Notes under the pieces: generated by a model
What the model saw: only the letters and a program-made list of their open reading frames with translations
Databases searched by the model: none
What the model was told of the DNA's origin: nothing
Translations under genes and position numbers: made by a program
Shown: in pieces, positions 23,721 through 37,579 of the stretch
Layout: each line of letters opens with the position of its first letter
Position numbering within the stretch: position 1 is the first letter of the stretch
Assembly (NCBI RefSeq): GCF_006345805.1
Contig: NC_043005.1
Location: 66,092,001-66,156,000 of the forward strand
Direction of reading: 5' to 3'
DNA: 64,000 nucleotides
From: Octopus sinensis
Taxonomy: Eukaryota

Positions 23721-23891
23721 GATCCTGCTTCTCCCCGGTATTTCTCCCTTGCACACATTTTCCACGCAACATTCAAATTGGTACTTTCCAAAAGGAAACA
23801 TTAGTATTATCGATATGACCAATCTCGGGGAGGACCTATTTCGACCGTGCAGCATTCCCTTCCTGAGGGCAACAACAACAACAACAACAAC
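23721..23891 (+). other. Candidate internal exon of an unidentified transcript
   Basis: Acceptor TTCCGTCTCCCACAG|G, donor AAC|GTAAGA, length 171 nt (multiple of 3), one frame open throughout (ILLLPGISPLHTFSTQHSNWYFPKGNISIIDMTNLGEDLFRPCSIPFLRATTTTTT). No homology recognised. Confidence 0.3.
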
Positions 23892-26800
23892 GTAAGAATG
23901 TGTTGGTTCCATATGTTTGATTGCTGTAAAAAGTTAAATAGTATGATGTTTTTCGAATTTAATTAACATTAATTAGCAGCAAATCTTCACTCAGTTTCCT
24001 GGCAGTCTGAATTTTGCCCTACTGGATTTCAATATAATTTCTTTTCGGTTATTTCAATTTTACCAACTTATGAGTATGAAAGTTCTAGTTGGAGTGTTTG
24101 GATAGAGCTCGAACAAGAGCTTTTGCTTCGGATGTTTGTGTATATTGTCTCTCTTTGAGAATCGTTCTTCATAGTAGAGTACACATAGTTGAAACTTTAT
24201 CAATTAAAACTGTCGGGAGATATATCTGCCTCTGCAGTGTAGGTATATCTGTATATTCCAGGTTTTGTGTATTACTGCATAGTAACAAAATGCTAATCAA
24301 TTATAGTGTAATCGTCCTGTTTAGAATTAGATAAATTGGACAGACGAATATCTTAACGTGTTGGCCAGTTAACAAAATGTATACTTTGTGGAGTTGTCTA
24401 ATGAACGTGTGACACATTCCGCTGTATAATTTATCAAATACTTGTCTAATTCATTGTACCTCATTAATAAAACATGCTTCTGGATAAGAGATTTCATTGT
24501 GTTTCTATCAATGAACTTGATAAAGCTTAACAGTTATAATGATCATTTGAACAGCTCAACTAGTAAGAAATTATACCATTAATATGAAGGTATCATGGCA
24601 TAGTATTTTATTCATACATTCATACATCTTCAATTTCTAAGGATTTAGTAGGCTGTATCCGCGAATTAGATGTGATTTTCATAATTTAGAATTATCATCT
24701 GCAAGCTAGAATTATATGAAAGAGGAATACTGGTTGTCAGATATAAAAACAGGATATAAATTAGAGGCAAATTTATTATTCTGTTCTGGACCAATTTAAT
24801 TGCAGAAATATATTAATTGTTTAGAAGGCAAAACCGATAGCTATTCACTTTAAATTATTTTAATGAGATTCATTCTTTATCATAGCATTCATTATTGAAT
24901 TGCTGCAAAGCCAGAAATATATCGGTATAGTCATTGAATCAATTTCAGTGTGCAATTGGATTATGTTTTTGAACCTAGATCAAGGGCATGTTGCGTTTAT
25001 TTTATATTTGAGGGCTACATTAAATTAAATGTAATTTAACAAGGCCGTATTAAAGATAGTTATGTTATGTATATATGAAAATGTAATTAAATTTATTGTG
25101 AAAATATTAATATAAATATTAGAGTAAAAAATAAAAATTTAACTGGCCTTTGAATGAGGTTTTGAGAATTTAGAAACAGCAGAATCTAATAATAATCATG
25201 CTAACTAACATGTCGATGATGCATGTATGTAACCGAAATCTCTCTTTTTGATATCCTCTCTAACTAAAAAAAAAAAAAAAAAAAAAAAAAATTAAAGCAT
25301 ATCCACTCCAGCGATGGCCTGTTATTGAAGCTGCCTATTTTGAAGATATCAAATTGAAACAATAAGACAGAGTGATGAGATTAAGGGAAACGTAGAGTTT
25401 TGTTGACATACAGTTGCTCAACATACCGAAACTAGCAGCCAAACTAACAAATGCTGTTTACAACAATATTTGTCTCTGAAATACAAATGACACGATGAGA
25501 CGACTGGATGGCTTTTAATTATTGTTTTGTTGGACTACGACAGATATGAGAATAAACAGCCACAAAACTAGCTTCTAGCCAACAAGGGAAAGCTCATGCG
25601 TGGGTACGCGACATGTTAGATCTAGATACAACAGTCTCATTCAAATTAAATCTTATTGTCTTAAATTAGGGAAGGACACATTGCAATACACTAATAATGC
25701 CGTCAGTTGCAGGCGAACATGACCTTGTTACTTGCATTACACGTATACTAATTATTTTAAGTGCCTACATTGTCGCGAGCGTAAACACCTTCTCGATCCT
25801 TGTATCTTCAATTCAGTGGAACATGGAAGAGTGGGGAGCGACGACAGCTGGGTGGAGAAACGACTGCACCAGCACTAATTTTCGGTTGTGTAGTCAGGAA
25901 CAACGTGATATAATGTGCTTGCTTAAGGACAACAACGTGCCGCCTATTCCAGGAATAAAATCCACAATCTTATCACGGTTAGTCGAATACCCTAAAAACG
26001 AGGGCACACAACTTCACGAACGCGCGCGCGCACACACGCACAAAAAGCATGTCCTTATTATAATGACTAACAGGAAACCACCCGGAGGACGTTTTCTTGC
26101 TACTAAATATAAATATTTATAAATCAACAAATATATATTTGGACAAGATATCAACTTCATCCAGAATCCCGCACGAAGAGCCTCAAAGGTCGCAGGATCT
26201 CCACTCTTGTATTAGACTGTTGCTAATCAAAGGCAACATTACTAAGACTTGAACTCATAATGCAGATATACGAATCACAATGTTATAATACTTTTAGTCT
26301 GGCAGTCTTACAATTTTCCTCATAACTTCCGACTTATCTTTATATGTATAGTAAAACGGTTATTTTCTCTAGACGCAAAACTACTTTCCTCATCGAATAA
26401 AATCGATGGAATTGAAGTAGTAAATTATTAGTATTTGTTTTATCGCACTTAGTACCAGAGTAAACAAAATAAATTATTAGGAGAAAACCATTACAAGAAG
26501 TCAGAGTGATTCATTTTCAGTGACGATGATTTTACCGTGTATCCCAAACTCGATATAATAAGTACCAATTACGTACCAGAGCTGATTCAATCGTCTACAA
26601 TCTTCTCCAACAAATTCGTGGTGTGGTATCAAAATAAGAAATCATAATTGCTATTACAATGAAAAACTACTTGTTCTGTTTAGGAGTAATGTCAGAGTTG
26701 GCTATTGTAGTAGATTTTGGAAATATGATACACTAGCTTTAAAAGTTATTAAGCAGCTAAAAAGACAGCTTCGCATTTACGCGGTTCTTGGTTCGATTCT

Positions 26801-27989
26801 ACTGCACGCAGCCTGGAAGAGTATCGTCTGTAGTATCCTTGAGTCGTTCTGCTTACAAGTCTAAAATGCCGTCAAATTTCTGTTTTGTTTTAGATCATGA
26901 TAAAGCTATATTAACTTTAGAAGACATCTTATATTAGTTTTAGAACTTCGTTTCGCATTCATGTATTTATTTGTTTGTTTCAAGTACATGCGACGTAGTC
27001 TTGGGCCGATAAAAATTGCTGTCGGATAGATGCTACTTGTTATTAGGTGGTAGAGTTAATTCGTTCGGTTTATCACATCCACCTGATCCTTAGGTGTCTT
27101 TAGCAAAGCTCTCCATCGCAAGCACTCGGACCGGGTTTCCGGTTCCTTCCGCTCATTTCCTCAATCACAGATACCCTATATGAAAAAAAAAAGTTTATGC
27201 ACGCTACCCTTCTTCCTCTGACCAGGCTATAAAGTATATTCTATTGACTCCAGTTATGTTATTTCTCTTGATCTGAGATTGAAATTCATTATCCATTACA
27301 GTTAATAGTCAATAAATCGGTAGACTCGTTAGAGCATCGGATAGAATATCTCGCGGTATTTGTTTCAATTCTCTATGCTCTGACTTCATATCCAGCCGAA
27401 GTTAACTCTGTCTTTCATTCTTTCTGGACCAATAAAGAAGTTCTAGTCTAGGGCGGTGAAATGCTGAAACTACAAGGATTTCGGACCGAATGCCTTGCAG
27501 TTTCTGCGTTCTGAGTTAAAATCCCATTACAGTCAACTTAAGTCTTCTTAAGTGGCAGACTTGAACCGCTTTACCTGTTTAACACTGCCAGCAGATGCCT
27601 TGTGTGCTTTTAGCGGAGTATGTTATATTGCAAGAATTCAACCAGACTTCTTTAGAATACCTTCCTATCTCCCGCTTTCCAACTGTATCGATGATCCTGT
27701 AAGGATTATTGATACCACCTGACAAAAAGATAAAAGAAAACACACACACACACACATGTCTTAAAGCAGTTACGTAGAAGTAAACTTCTTTGATTGTTTT
27801 AAAAATACAACTGGTCAAAAAAAGCATAGTGAAAACTGACGTTTCACCAACTGAGAACTCCACAGTCCATAAGCAAGAACTTTATTATGTTAATTCTAAA
27901 TTCTAGATAGTATTTAAAATAGAATTCTTTTTAAATGATCCTATTTTGATCTTAAATTCGTGTGGTATTTACAATCTTAAGTAAACTAT

Positions 27990-28378
27990 ACTTTTTTCCT
28001 CTTTTACTTGTTTCAGTCATTTGACTGTGGCCATGCTGGAGCACCGCCTTTAGTCGAGCAAATCGACCCCAAGACTTATTCTTTGTAAGCCTAGTACTTA
28101 TTCTATCGGTCTCTTTTGCCGAACCGCTAAGTTACAGGGACATAAACACACCAGCATCGGTTGTCAAGCGATGTTGGGGCGACAAACACAGACACACAAA
28201 CACACACACACACATATATATATACGACAGGATTCTTTCAGTTTCCGTCTACCACAAGGCTTTGGTCAGCCCGAGGCTATAGTAGAAGACACTTGCCCAA
28301 GGTGCTACGCAGTGGGACTGAACCCGGAAACATGTGGTTCACAAGCAAGTTACTTACCACACAGCCACTCCTACGCCT
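27990..28378 (-). mobile_element. Family A SINE
   Basis: CTTTTACTTGTTTCAGTCATTTGACTGTGGCCATGCTGGAGCACCGCC..ACTTACCACACAGCCACTCCTACGCCT. Confidence 0.9.
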
Positions 28379-28727
28379 TTAAAATATCGCACGGCATTTT
28401 GTCCGGCGCTCTAACGATTCTGCCAATCCGTATTTATTTCATCTGTGCCGTTGACAGTGAAAGGCTGAAAGAGGTTTGGTTGCTATTTCTAGTAGGTTGA
28501 GTTACCTACCAGATACCTTTGTTGGCTCGCCATGAGATAAGTAGAGGAGAAAGATAACAAACATATAGTTAATAGTTTACAGATTGTTTTGCTACAAAAG
28601 AGTCCCTTAATCTCTCATGCAATTAATTTTCTATTCAAATTATTGTCTATGGTTTTCAACAATTTTATCAAAGTATTGCATTTCTGGTACATTAATGCTG
28701 TTGCTTAGCCCTTAGTCAGCTCTCATC

Positions 28728-29086
28728 CTTTTCTACTCTAGGCACAAGACCCGAAATTTTTTGGGAGGGGGCCAATCGATTAGATCGACACCAATACGCA
28801 ACTGGTACTTAATTTATCGACCCCGAAAGGATGAAAGGCAAAGTCGACCTCGGCGGCATTTGAACTCAGAACGTAAAGGCAGACGAAATACCTATTTCTT
28901 AAACATAGAGGGGACAAACAAGGACTGACAAACGGATTAAGTCGATTATACTTATTTAATCGACCTCGAAAGTATGAAAGGCAAAGTCGACCTCGGCGGA
29001 ATTTGAACTCGGAACATAACGACAGACGAAATAAGGCTACGCATTTCGCCCTGCGTGCTAACGTTTCTGCCAGCTCGCCGCCTTAA
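28728..29086 (-). mobile_element. Nin-SINE dimer (one head, tail A unit followed by tail B unit) with 14-bp TSD
   Basis: TSD AGTCAGCTCTCATC at 28714-28727 and 29087-29100; internal junction AAGAAATA|GGTATTTCGTCTGCC at 28892/28893. Confidence 0.85.
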
Positions 29087-30317
29087 AGTCAGCTCTCATC
29101 GATAAGATCTTTGATTTAAAACATCTCAACCGAATCCATCTCATTTTCTATTTCCGGCAATGTATATTCAAGACTACATTATCCAATGTTTCATTCCTTT
29201 TATATTTCAGAATGGAAAGGAATGATTTGAAGTGAGATTTGACTACTATTTCGAACTAGTCGAGCGATAACAATGAAGCTTCCTCGATGACCTGCAAAGC
29301 AGGTGATGTTGTTTAGTTTGAGCGATGATAGGTCTCAAGAGGATTTTCTTGTTTTGCGTATTTTAGCATAAACGTCGAAGGCGGCAAGTGGATATTTACT
29401 AAAGACTGTACTCAGTCTGACGTCAGTATTATTTACTGCCACGATGGCTTCAAACAGTCTATTGAGAAAGAATTTGAATTGCTGTATTATATCCCTTGGG
29501 ATATCATAAAAGTTTGGAGCTGACATCCAGTAATTGATTAATGTATTTTCTTATATTAGTCTGAATTTAGAGTAGTGATATTAATTTTATCATGTATTTA
29601 TTTAAATAGAGATATCTTTTGTTGAGATCTGGCATCAATAATGCATCGGTTCAATATAGTCTTAGCGAATAGCAGCTGGCTTAATCATTATTAGTCAGAC
29701 GCCCCGGTTTCCTATCAGTTGTGTTGAATAGTAGCAATGCTTCTAATCTTTCTTTTTAACTATAACTTCTTTTCTTTTACTAAATGTATTTCAACACCCT
29801 CCTTGTTACGCTTCAGCAAAATTAAACACGCCACACAAATTACTGACGACAGGTTGATCGCCGATAAAGGCCTACTTGTACATGTATCGTATTATCAATA
29901 TAATATAGAATGTCAAAACAACATTTCAACCTGATGATTTGCAGCCACAATGAAAATTGAAAATAGTTTTGAAAATTAGGCCAATCAAATAACGAATCTT
30001 TCGCCCCCAAACACGCCCCTTTGTCCCTAGGAACTATATAAAAATTTCCACCGCCATCAGGAGAAGCACTTAGTAGGTTATCGAAAGCATTTGCTTATAG
30101 ATCTACTCAATTATGGCTGAACTTTAGGTTAAACAACAACAGCAGCCATAACTTATGTATTATTATTTTCTAAATATACATCGGCAAAGCCTTTGACTTT
30201 GTCTGACCTGAGACCAGATCTGAAACTCCATGTCAGACAGCACAATTTCAGAGTATGTCGGCAGGCTATGCTAAACACATCACGTCAACTCTGCTGTATC
30301 CAATATTTATTTCCCCG

Positions 30318-30900
30318 AAAGCGGCGAGCTGGCAGACACGTTAGCACGTTGGGCGAAATGCATAGCCGTATTTCGTCTGTCTTTGCGTTGTGAGTTCAAA
30401 TTCCGCCGAGGTCGACTTTGCTTTTCATCCTTTCGGGGTCGATAAATTAAGTACTAGTTACGCACTGGGGTCGATGTAATCGACTTAATGTCTTTTTCTG
30501 TCCTTGTTTGTCTCCTATGTGTTTAGCCCCATGTGGATATTAAAGAAATAGGTATTGCGTCTGCCGTTACGTTCTGAGTTCAAATTCCGCCGAGATCAAC
30601 TTTGCCTTTCATCATTTCGGGGTCGAAAAATAAATTACCAGTTATGCACTGGGGTCGATGTAATCGACTTATCCCTTTATCTGTCCTTGTTTGTTCCCTC
30701 TATGTCTAGCCCCTTGTGGGCAATAAAGAAGTAGGAAACGTTAGCACCCCGAGCGAAATGCTTAGCAGTATCTCATCTGTCTTTACTTTCTGAGTTCAAA
30801 TTCCGCCGATGTCGACTTTGTCTTTCTTCCTATCAGGGTCTAATCGACTGGTCCTCCTTCCTCTAAATTTCAAGCCTTGTAGAATTTCAAGCCTAGAGTA
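30318..30900 (+). mobile_element. Head-to-tail Nin-SINE trimer
   Basis: Three Nin domains; junctions AAAGAAATA|GGTATTGCGTCTGCC (30550/30551) and AAAGAAGTA|GGAAACGTTAGCAC (30733/30734). Confidence 0.9.
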
Positions 30901-33789
30901 GAAATAGGTAGTGAGTTCAAATCTTTAGTTCTGCTTCTAGTCAGAATACTTAATTCCTTCATTCTTCATTACTCCAGTTGTCGATTATCTTGATATTCCA
31001 GTGAGTTACGAGCTACTGATGGAACCTCTGAGTAGCTCCTCGATCAACTAGAAATAACAACCTAAATATATCTCAAATGATATAGTTTTATTTGTTTTTA
31101 AAGCAGGACACATTGGATAACGTAGCCCTTGATAAAATAAGATGAAATGCTTATTGCTGGAACGCATTTGATCTTAGGTTTGCTCAATCAGATATAACTT
31201 AATATGTTCTCGTCTCCTTTTTGTATGATCGTCTGGTTTCGATCAGTTGACCTTCTGAACAAGTTTTTGCTCAGACGCTTCTTTTGATTTTGCCAAAAAA
31301 ACACCAAAAATCGACCTCACTGCATTACACTTACAATGTGTGATGCAGATGCAAATCTTTTGGAATTTTGATATTCACTTTACATCTAATTTTATCTACA
31401 GCCCTCTTACGAAATACTGTTGCAGAAGGTGTTGTACCTATGGCCTTCGCATGTCATCCACTTCGGGGTGCTGAAAAACAATAGCCATATGAGTATGAAA
31501 ATAAAAAAAAGAGATTCTTGGAGAGTTCAAACTCTGCATGAAGAAAAAAACAAAACATAACGAAACGAAACAAAAAACAAACTAAATAACACTAAAACAG
31601 GATTGTAGAGTTGAGTCTTAGCCAGAATTGTTGTTGCGACATGAAGTAATGTATACTGTAGCTCAGAGTTTATATTCCCGTCCAATATTGTCAGCGTGAC
31701 AAATAAACAAACGGTTAGATATCTTAACGGCAAAGGATAAGAAAAAATATTTTATTCATATCAAATATCCATAAATAATTTATTCATGCTCTTAATATAT
31801 TCCTTATGATCCTTTTCAATAGAGTTTTCAGCAAGGGTAATTCCATTTAGAAATATGTATTCTTTTTAACAAGACATTTTCATGTTTGAATTTTATAAAT
31901 TCTTTATGATGTTTTATTGATTTTTCTTCGCAATGTGTGTATGTGTATGTGTGTGTGTGTGTATAAGTGCGAGCGTGTGTATTTGTATGTGTGTTTGTAT
32001 ATATATTCCAACGACTGAGATGAAAAATGATTCAATATTTTGTGAATCCATTAAACAGGATTAAATTGAAAAATAAAAGAAAAAGAATATTCTCTTTTGT
32101 GTTATTGACGCATCGCCGACTTACAAGTTTCTGTGATGTTCCAATTCAAATGAGTCCGTTTGCTACGGTCCATTAATTCTGGTTTATGCAAACAAGTTGC
32201 TCAATGAAGACCTCATTAGTGTGAGAGAATCAAGAGCAGTAAATTTACATATGGAAATTTTTTCATCGGTTAGATATTTGTTCAGCATCACTGTCGCCAA
32301 AAAAGACATTGCCCATCAATACCATTAAATTAATTAAACCAGGAACTAAATGTGACTTACATTTCTGTTTCACCAAGTTTTCTTCTGTTTTTTTCTTCAA
32401 ATTTCGTTTAATCAATAATTAGGAATACTCAAATAAAAAAATAAACAAAGTATACACGAACAAAATAGACTTGGACACAAAAACAAAACAAAAATCAAAA
32501 GCAAATTAGGCTCTATCCCAGTTTTGTCATAATTATTGTTGTTCAGTCCCAGATCAGCATTAATCAAATATGAACATTTCTTTATTTTTCTAATCATAGT
32601 TTAACTCAGACTACGTTTCCCAAAATGTTTTCACTCTCTCTTTTTTTTCTAAAGGCGGTAAGGTATGGCTTGAAGGAGGGTTGACTGTTATATCTTGCAG
32701 ATTAAGCGACTACGAATAAATTCTTAAATTGATTCGTTCCAGACGTTTATTTTTACTTCAATTTGTTATTTAGGAATATATTTAACATATAGGGCAGAAT
32801 TAATTATTACTGAAACGCGTCGTGTTAAATGTCATTATAAAGTCAAGATAAATACTTGAATTCTATGGTTACATGACAAAATATTAAGATACTTGCATAT
32901 GCAGTAACGACGAAACTTTTTAGTTTGGTATCAAGAAATCTTAATTTAAAAAAAATAACCCTGTCTTTAGAGTGTCACATATCTGTACACATATATTTTA
33001 CTTTCAGACAAATGCTTACTGATGATTTTTTTAAATAACAAGATACTGCAGTGAATTATTCTTTTTCAGAGTTTTTTGCAAGTTAACAGAAAAATCTGTG
33101 GCTGACATGCATATCATGTCCCCCATCAGTGTTCGAATATTAGGAAGCTTTCGAGGCACGAAAATTTTTGAAGATTACTCCGTTTGAGAACGGTCAGTGC
33201 AACTGCCTTCTATGGAATTAACATATCATGAGCTTAGGTTAGGTGTCGGTATATCATGTCTGAGTGAAAATGGATCCAAGAATAAAAATAATACAGTTGA
33301 TTAAAAAGAAAAGGGAAATGGAAAATTTACCATCGTAATAAATACCTTGACGGGCTTCGAACTCAGAACATAAAGAAATAAAATTATAAGCAACAACATA
33401 TTTTGTCCGGTACCCCATCAATTCTGACAATTCACCGTCATTTCATATACTGCAGAATAAAATACCAACAATACTGATGAGGGAAAATACTTCAGGGTAA
33501 TCGCAATCTGTGAGATCTTGTCGTATTTGTAAGATAAGGTCTCACAAATGTAAATTAGTGAGTTAAAAAGCTTCGCTCAACTGAGATAATTCAAGTATTT
33601 CGTAGACAAAAACTTCCTCTTGTATGTAATCTATATTTTCATACAAACTCGATCTCTGTACTGTCTTCTTAGGTTATATTTTTGGTTTTTTGATTGAGCG
33701 TTTGCATTACTGTAGCAATTGTTTTCTTCACTTATATAAATTTTAACCCTTTCGCACAATATCTTTGTAGGTGGTACTATCCAGTTTGT

Positions 33790-34945
33790 GAACAGAGTTT
33801 TACTTAGACACCCTTTGGTCACGAATGACTATGGGACTGTATCTAGAATGTTCCCCTCCGAGGCGCAGGACCGAGAAAGGTTGTTTGTGGAAGACTAGAC
33901 GTTGCCCATGCATACAAGTCTCCCCTCTCCATGCCACCTATGCTGTCCAAAGGAAAGGCAAAGGCCGATACAACCTGGCACCAGTAACGTCGCAATTCGT
34001 TTCTACAGATGAGTAAAATAAAGTGTCTTGCTTAAGAACACATCACACAGCCCGTTCGGGGAAGCGAAATTTTTTCCCACGAGAGTTCCGGACCCCAGTA
34101 ATGAACTCATTTGCATATATCTAATCATAACTCACCTTGACCTTGTTGTCAAGTTAACAAACACACTCTACCAAGTAAACACAAGACGAAGAACGGTGTT
34201 GTAAGTCAACCGATCGCCAAGTTATGCCTGATTTTAAAAGGAGACAAGTAATTAGATAGATTTGTATCTATACCTATAATCGGATTTTGTTAGGGCCCCA
34301 TATGGTAATGATGTGGACGGGAAAAATGTGGGTAGAGGTGATGTGCTAGCAACCCTCTCCCCTTACTATTTTACAAAGTAAATAACAACACAAATAACTA
34401 CGCAGAGGCAGCCATGGTTGAAACAAGAACAAGAGCAACAAGCATTATTAAAAGAGAAAAGAAGTATGGTCATTCCTTACCCAATTGACATCTTATTGCC
34501 TGACTGGGTGAAAATGATCAAACCTCTATAACTTTTTAGAAGCATTTTTCTGGAAAAAATGAAATAATTCCAATAATTCAGTTTGGGTTAGTGTATTATT
34601 GTACCAACGTCGGAGTAACTAGTGAATATCGAAGGATCAACACCAAGAACGAAGAAATATCATTTACCTATATTTATTCGTTTGCCCGACAGGTAGTACT
34701 TGTAGTGATTGTGAAAATGTTTTTCGATAGTGACAAAAAGGTTGAGAGGGAAAGAGTAAGAAATGCACGGTGCTGACTAGAAAGGAAGAAAGGATAAAGG
34801 TGGCTATGTTCTGATTGGCTGTATGCAAATGAGTTCATTACTGGGGTCTGGAACTTTCGTGGGGAAAAATTTGCTTCCCGGAATCGAGCTCACAACCTCA
34901 AGATTGTAAGTTTGACACTCTAACCACTGAGTCATGCGCCTTCAG
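33790..34945 (-). mobile_element. CORE-like SINE split by a MITE insertion
   Basis: SINE body 33790-34058 continues at 34880 with GGAATCGAGCTCACAACC..CTCTAACCACTGAGTCATGCGCCTTCA. Confidence 0.8.
34059..34879. mobile_element. MITE of about 820 bp with about 70-bp TIRs (possibly PIF/Harbinger-like)
   Basis: GGAAGCGAAATTTTTTCCCACGAGAGTTCCGGACCCCAGTAATGAACTCATTTGCATA vs its reverse complement at about 34810-34879. GG..CC ends; possible 3-bp TSD (CGG). Confidence 0.8.
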
Positions 34946-35961
34946 AGTATCACCTCGAATAACTTGAATTCTCACTGTTATAACTGCCACGTTGGAGTTT
35001 GTGAGATGGTAGGATTCTTAAAGATTCGAACAAACTGTCTTGCAGTATATAACTATAGCTCTACATTCCGAATTCAAATCCCACCGATGGTAACTTTACC
35101 ATTCATCCGTCGGATGTCGATAAAGTGAAGTACCCCTCAAGTACTGGAGTTGATTTTATCGAAAATCTCCTTCCTTCAAATTCGTAGTATTGCGCATAAG
35201 ACCATGAGCGATTATGACTATCATAGTGGAATAGTAAATAATATTATTACCCTTAACTTAGAAATATAGGTTCCAAGATCGAATTGAGTCTAGGATAATG
35301 TAGATATCCAGAAATAAGATGTTTAATGATCGAAAAGTAGCGTAATTATAAATATTCAGTAGTCGAAAGATGAGATTAATGGCCCTGAAAATTATAATCA
35401 TACTCGTTACTTTGATCTGCTTCACTGAGTTTTCTAGTAATACTTTAGAAGTTTCCACAACAGGTTATTCTACACGGTCCACGAGAAGCAGATAATTATT
35501 TTGTGCCATAATGAATATAATTTTACTCAAAGCTTATTCATCCTGAAAATTTTAAAAACATTGAATATCCTATTAAGAATATTTAAAAACATCGAATATC
35601 CTATTATGAAATATTTAAAAACAATATTATTTTTCTGTTTTTATTAAGTAGACTTGCTATGCATAAATCGTATCTGTGTTCAAAGTACATTTCTCTTCTT
35701 ATGGTGTCTCTTTTATTACCTTATTCTCTTTGATTAAAATGTTTTCCATTGTTGAAAGCTTGAGTAAATCTACCTCGTTTAACCAATGATAGTTATATTT
35801 TCCACTTGTAGGTTATAGAATAAGATCCTTTATTGATTACTGAACCTTGTGAAAATTACCTAAAATATTTATTCTGACCGGATTAAACCGCTTTTAAATT
35901 ATAAGTAAACTTGCTGCTTCGTTTGAATAATTTTCTGAGAAACTAACATATTATTAAGTGA

Positions 35962-36361
35962 CTAGCAGTATTGCCCGGCGTTGCTCGGGTTTGTAAGGGA
36001 AATAACTATATAAGCATTTTTAGAGAGTTATAGCCAAAAAATAGCAAAAAAATGCATTAAAAATGGAAAACAAATGATGGTAAATTTTTTTTAAAATCGC
36101 TGACTCATCGTAGACATTTTTAGAAAGTTACTTCCCTTATATAATAGCGAAAAAATGCATTAAAATAGAAAAAAATGATGGTAAATTTCTTTTAAAATCG
36201 TAGATTCATCGTAGACGCGCGCTAATACCCAGAAGGGCTCGATATGAATCACGACTATAAGATACCCGGTTTTGGTTAAACTGTACCGCAAAATGTGGGA
36301 GTAGTTAGGAATCTAAATCGTAGGAGACAGACACACAACTTCTCTTTAATATGTATAAAGA
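35962..36361 (-). mobile_element. Non-autonomous Helitron
   Basis: Minus strand starts TC (36360-36361) and ends CTAG (35962-35965) with subterminal hairpin CCCG-8nt-CGGG; inserted between A and T. Confidence 0.75.
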
Positions 36362-37144
36362 TGTCCTCTGGCCATGGGCGTTAAAACAAGGGAGATAATA
36401 ATCTTCTTACAGTACGAGGCAGGTGGGATTAGAAATTTGAATTTGAAATTAAGAAGCACGAGGAGGACGACACATTTAGTTTCCATATTTAATCTTTATT
36501 TTATCCATTATGAAATCCTTATAATTTCTAGCTGGTGATAATCATTTTTGTTTTTTAGAAATCTTCAGCACGATATAATCTGTAACTTATTAATTATATT
36601 ACGAAGGGATTCATTTCATTGCAACAGTAAACCTTCGTGACCAATATTACCGGATTTCAGTCAATTCAATTGTTACAGTTTTAATTACCTCCATCTAAGA
36701 TATATTTCATTGAATTACCTAAATGGAAAAAAGGCATCAGGTTCTACAAGGAGTTACCCCCCAGATCAAGTCTAAAAATTCGCTTTTAAATCTACAAACT
36801 TAAACCTTTCCAACCTATACCTATATAAAATATCAATATACACTAAAAACTATTGGTTCTTAATGATAAAAATAGTAGGAAAATTTTAACCAGACTATAC
36901 TCTAACTTCTGAAAAATGGCCACATTAGGTAGTGTAGTCCTAAATATGTTATGTCTGAAAATAAGACAGGGATAGTCTCTGTTAGAATGCCTTTAATCAT
37001 TGGGGTCTATCACAGTTGGCCTTGAGATAAGCAGCAGCAACAAAGTAACAAGTTGAGCGCATGCTGGTAAAATAACAACAATGCAAAAATATTTCATTCA
37101 GAACTTTTTAGCACTTTATGACACCGGAACATCAATGATATACT

Positions 37145-37540
37145 CTTTACTCTTTTACTTGTTTCAGTCATCTGACTGCGGCCATACTGGAGCACCGCCT
37201 TTAATCGAGCAACTCGACCCCGGGACTTATTCTTTTGTAAGCCCAGTACTTATTCTATGGGTCTCTTTTGCCGAACCGCTGAGTAACGGAGACATAAGCA
37301 CACCAGCATCGGTTGTCAAGCAATGCTAGGGGGACAAACACAGACACACAAACATACACACGCATATATATACATATATACGACGGGCTTCTTTCAGTTT
37401 CCGTCTACCAAATCCACTCACAAGGCTTTGGTCAGCCCGAGGCTATAGTAGAAGACACTTGCCCAAGGTGTCACGCAGTGGGACTGAACCCGGGACCATG
37501 TGGTTGGTAAACAAGCTACTTACCACACAGCCACTCCTAT
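37145..37540 (-). mobile_element. Family A SINE
   Basis: Near-consensus copy homologous to 27990-28378 and 41773-42170. Confidence 0.9.
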
Positions 37541-37579
37541 GTTTTTTTTTAATGAGAATTTTATGACTGTTTTTACTTG

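Noticed and set aside
30318-30900. Regularly repeated units superficially like a CRISPR array
   Set aside because: Units are 180-230-bp SINE copies without unique spacers; eukaryotic context and no cas genes.
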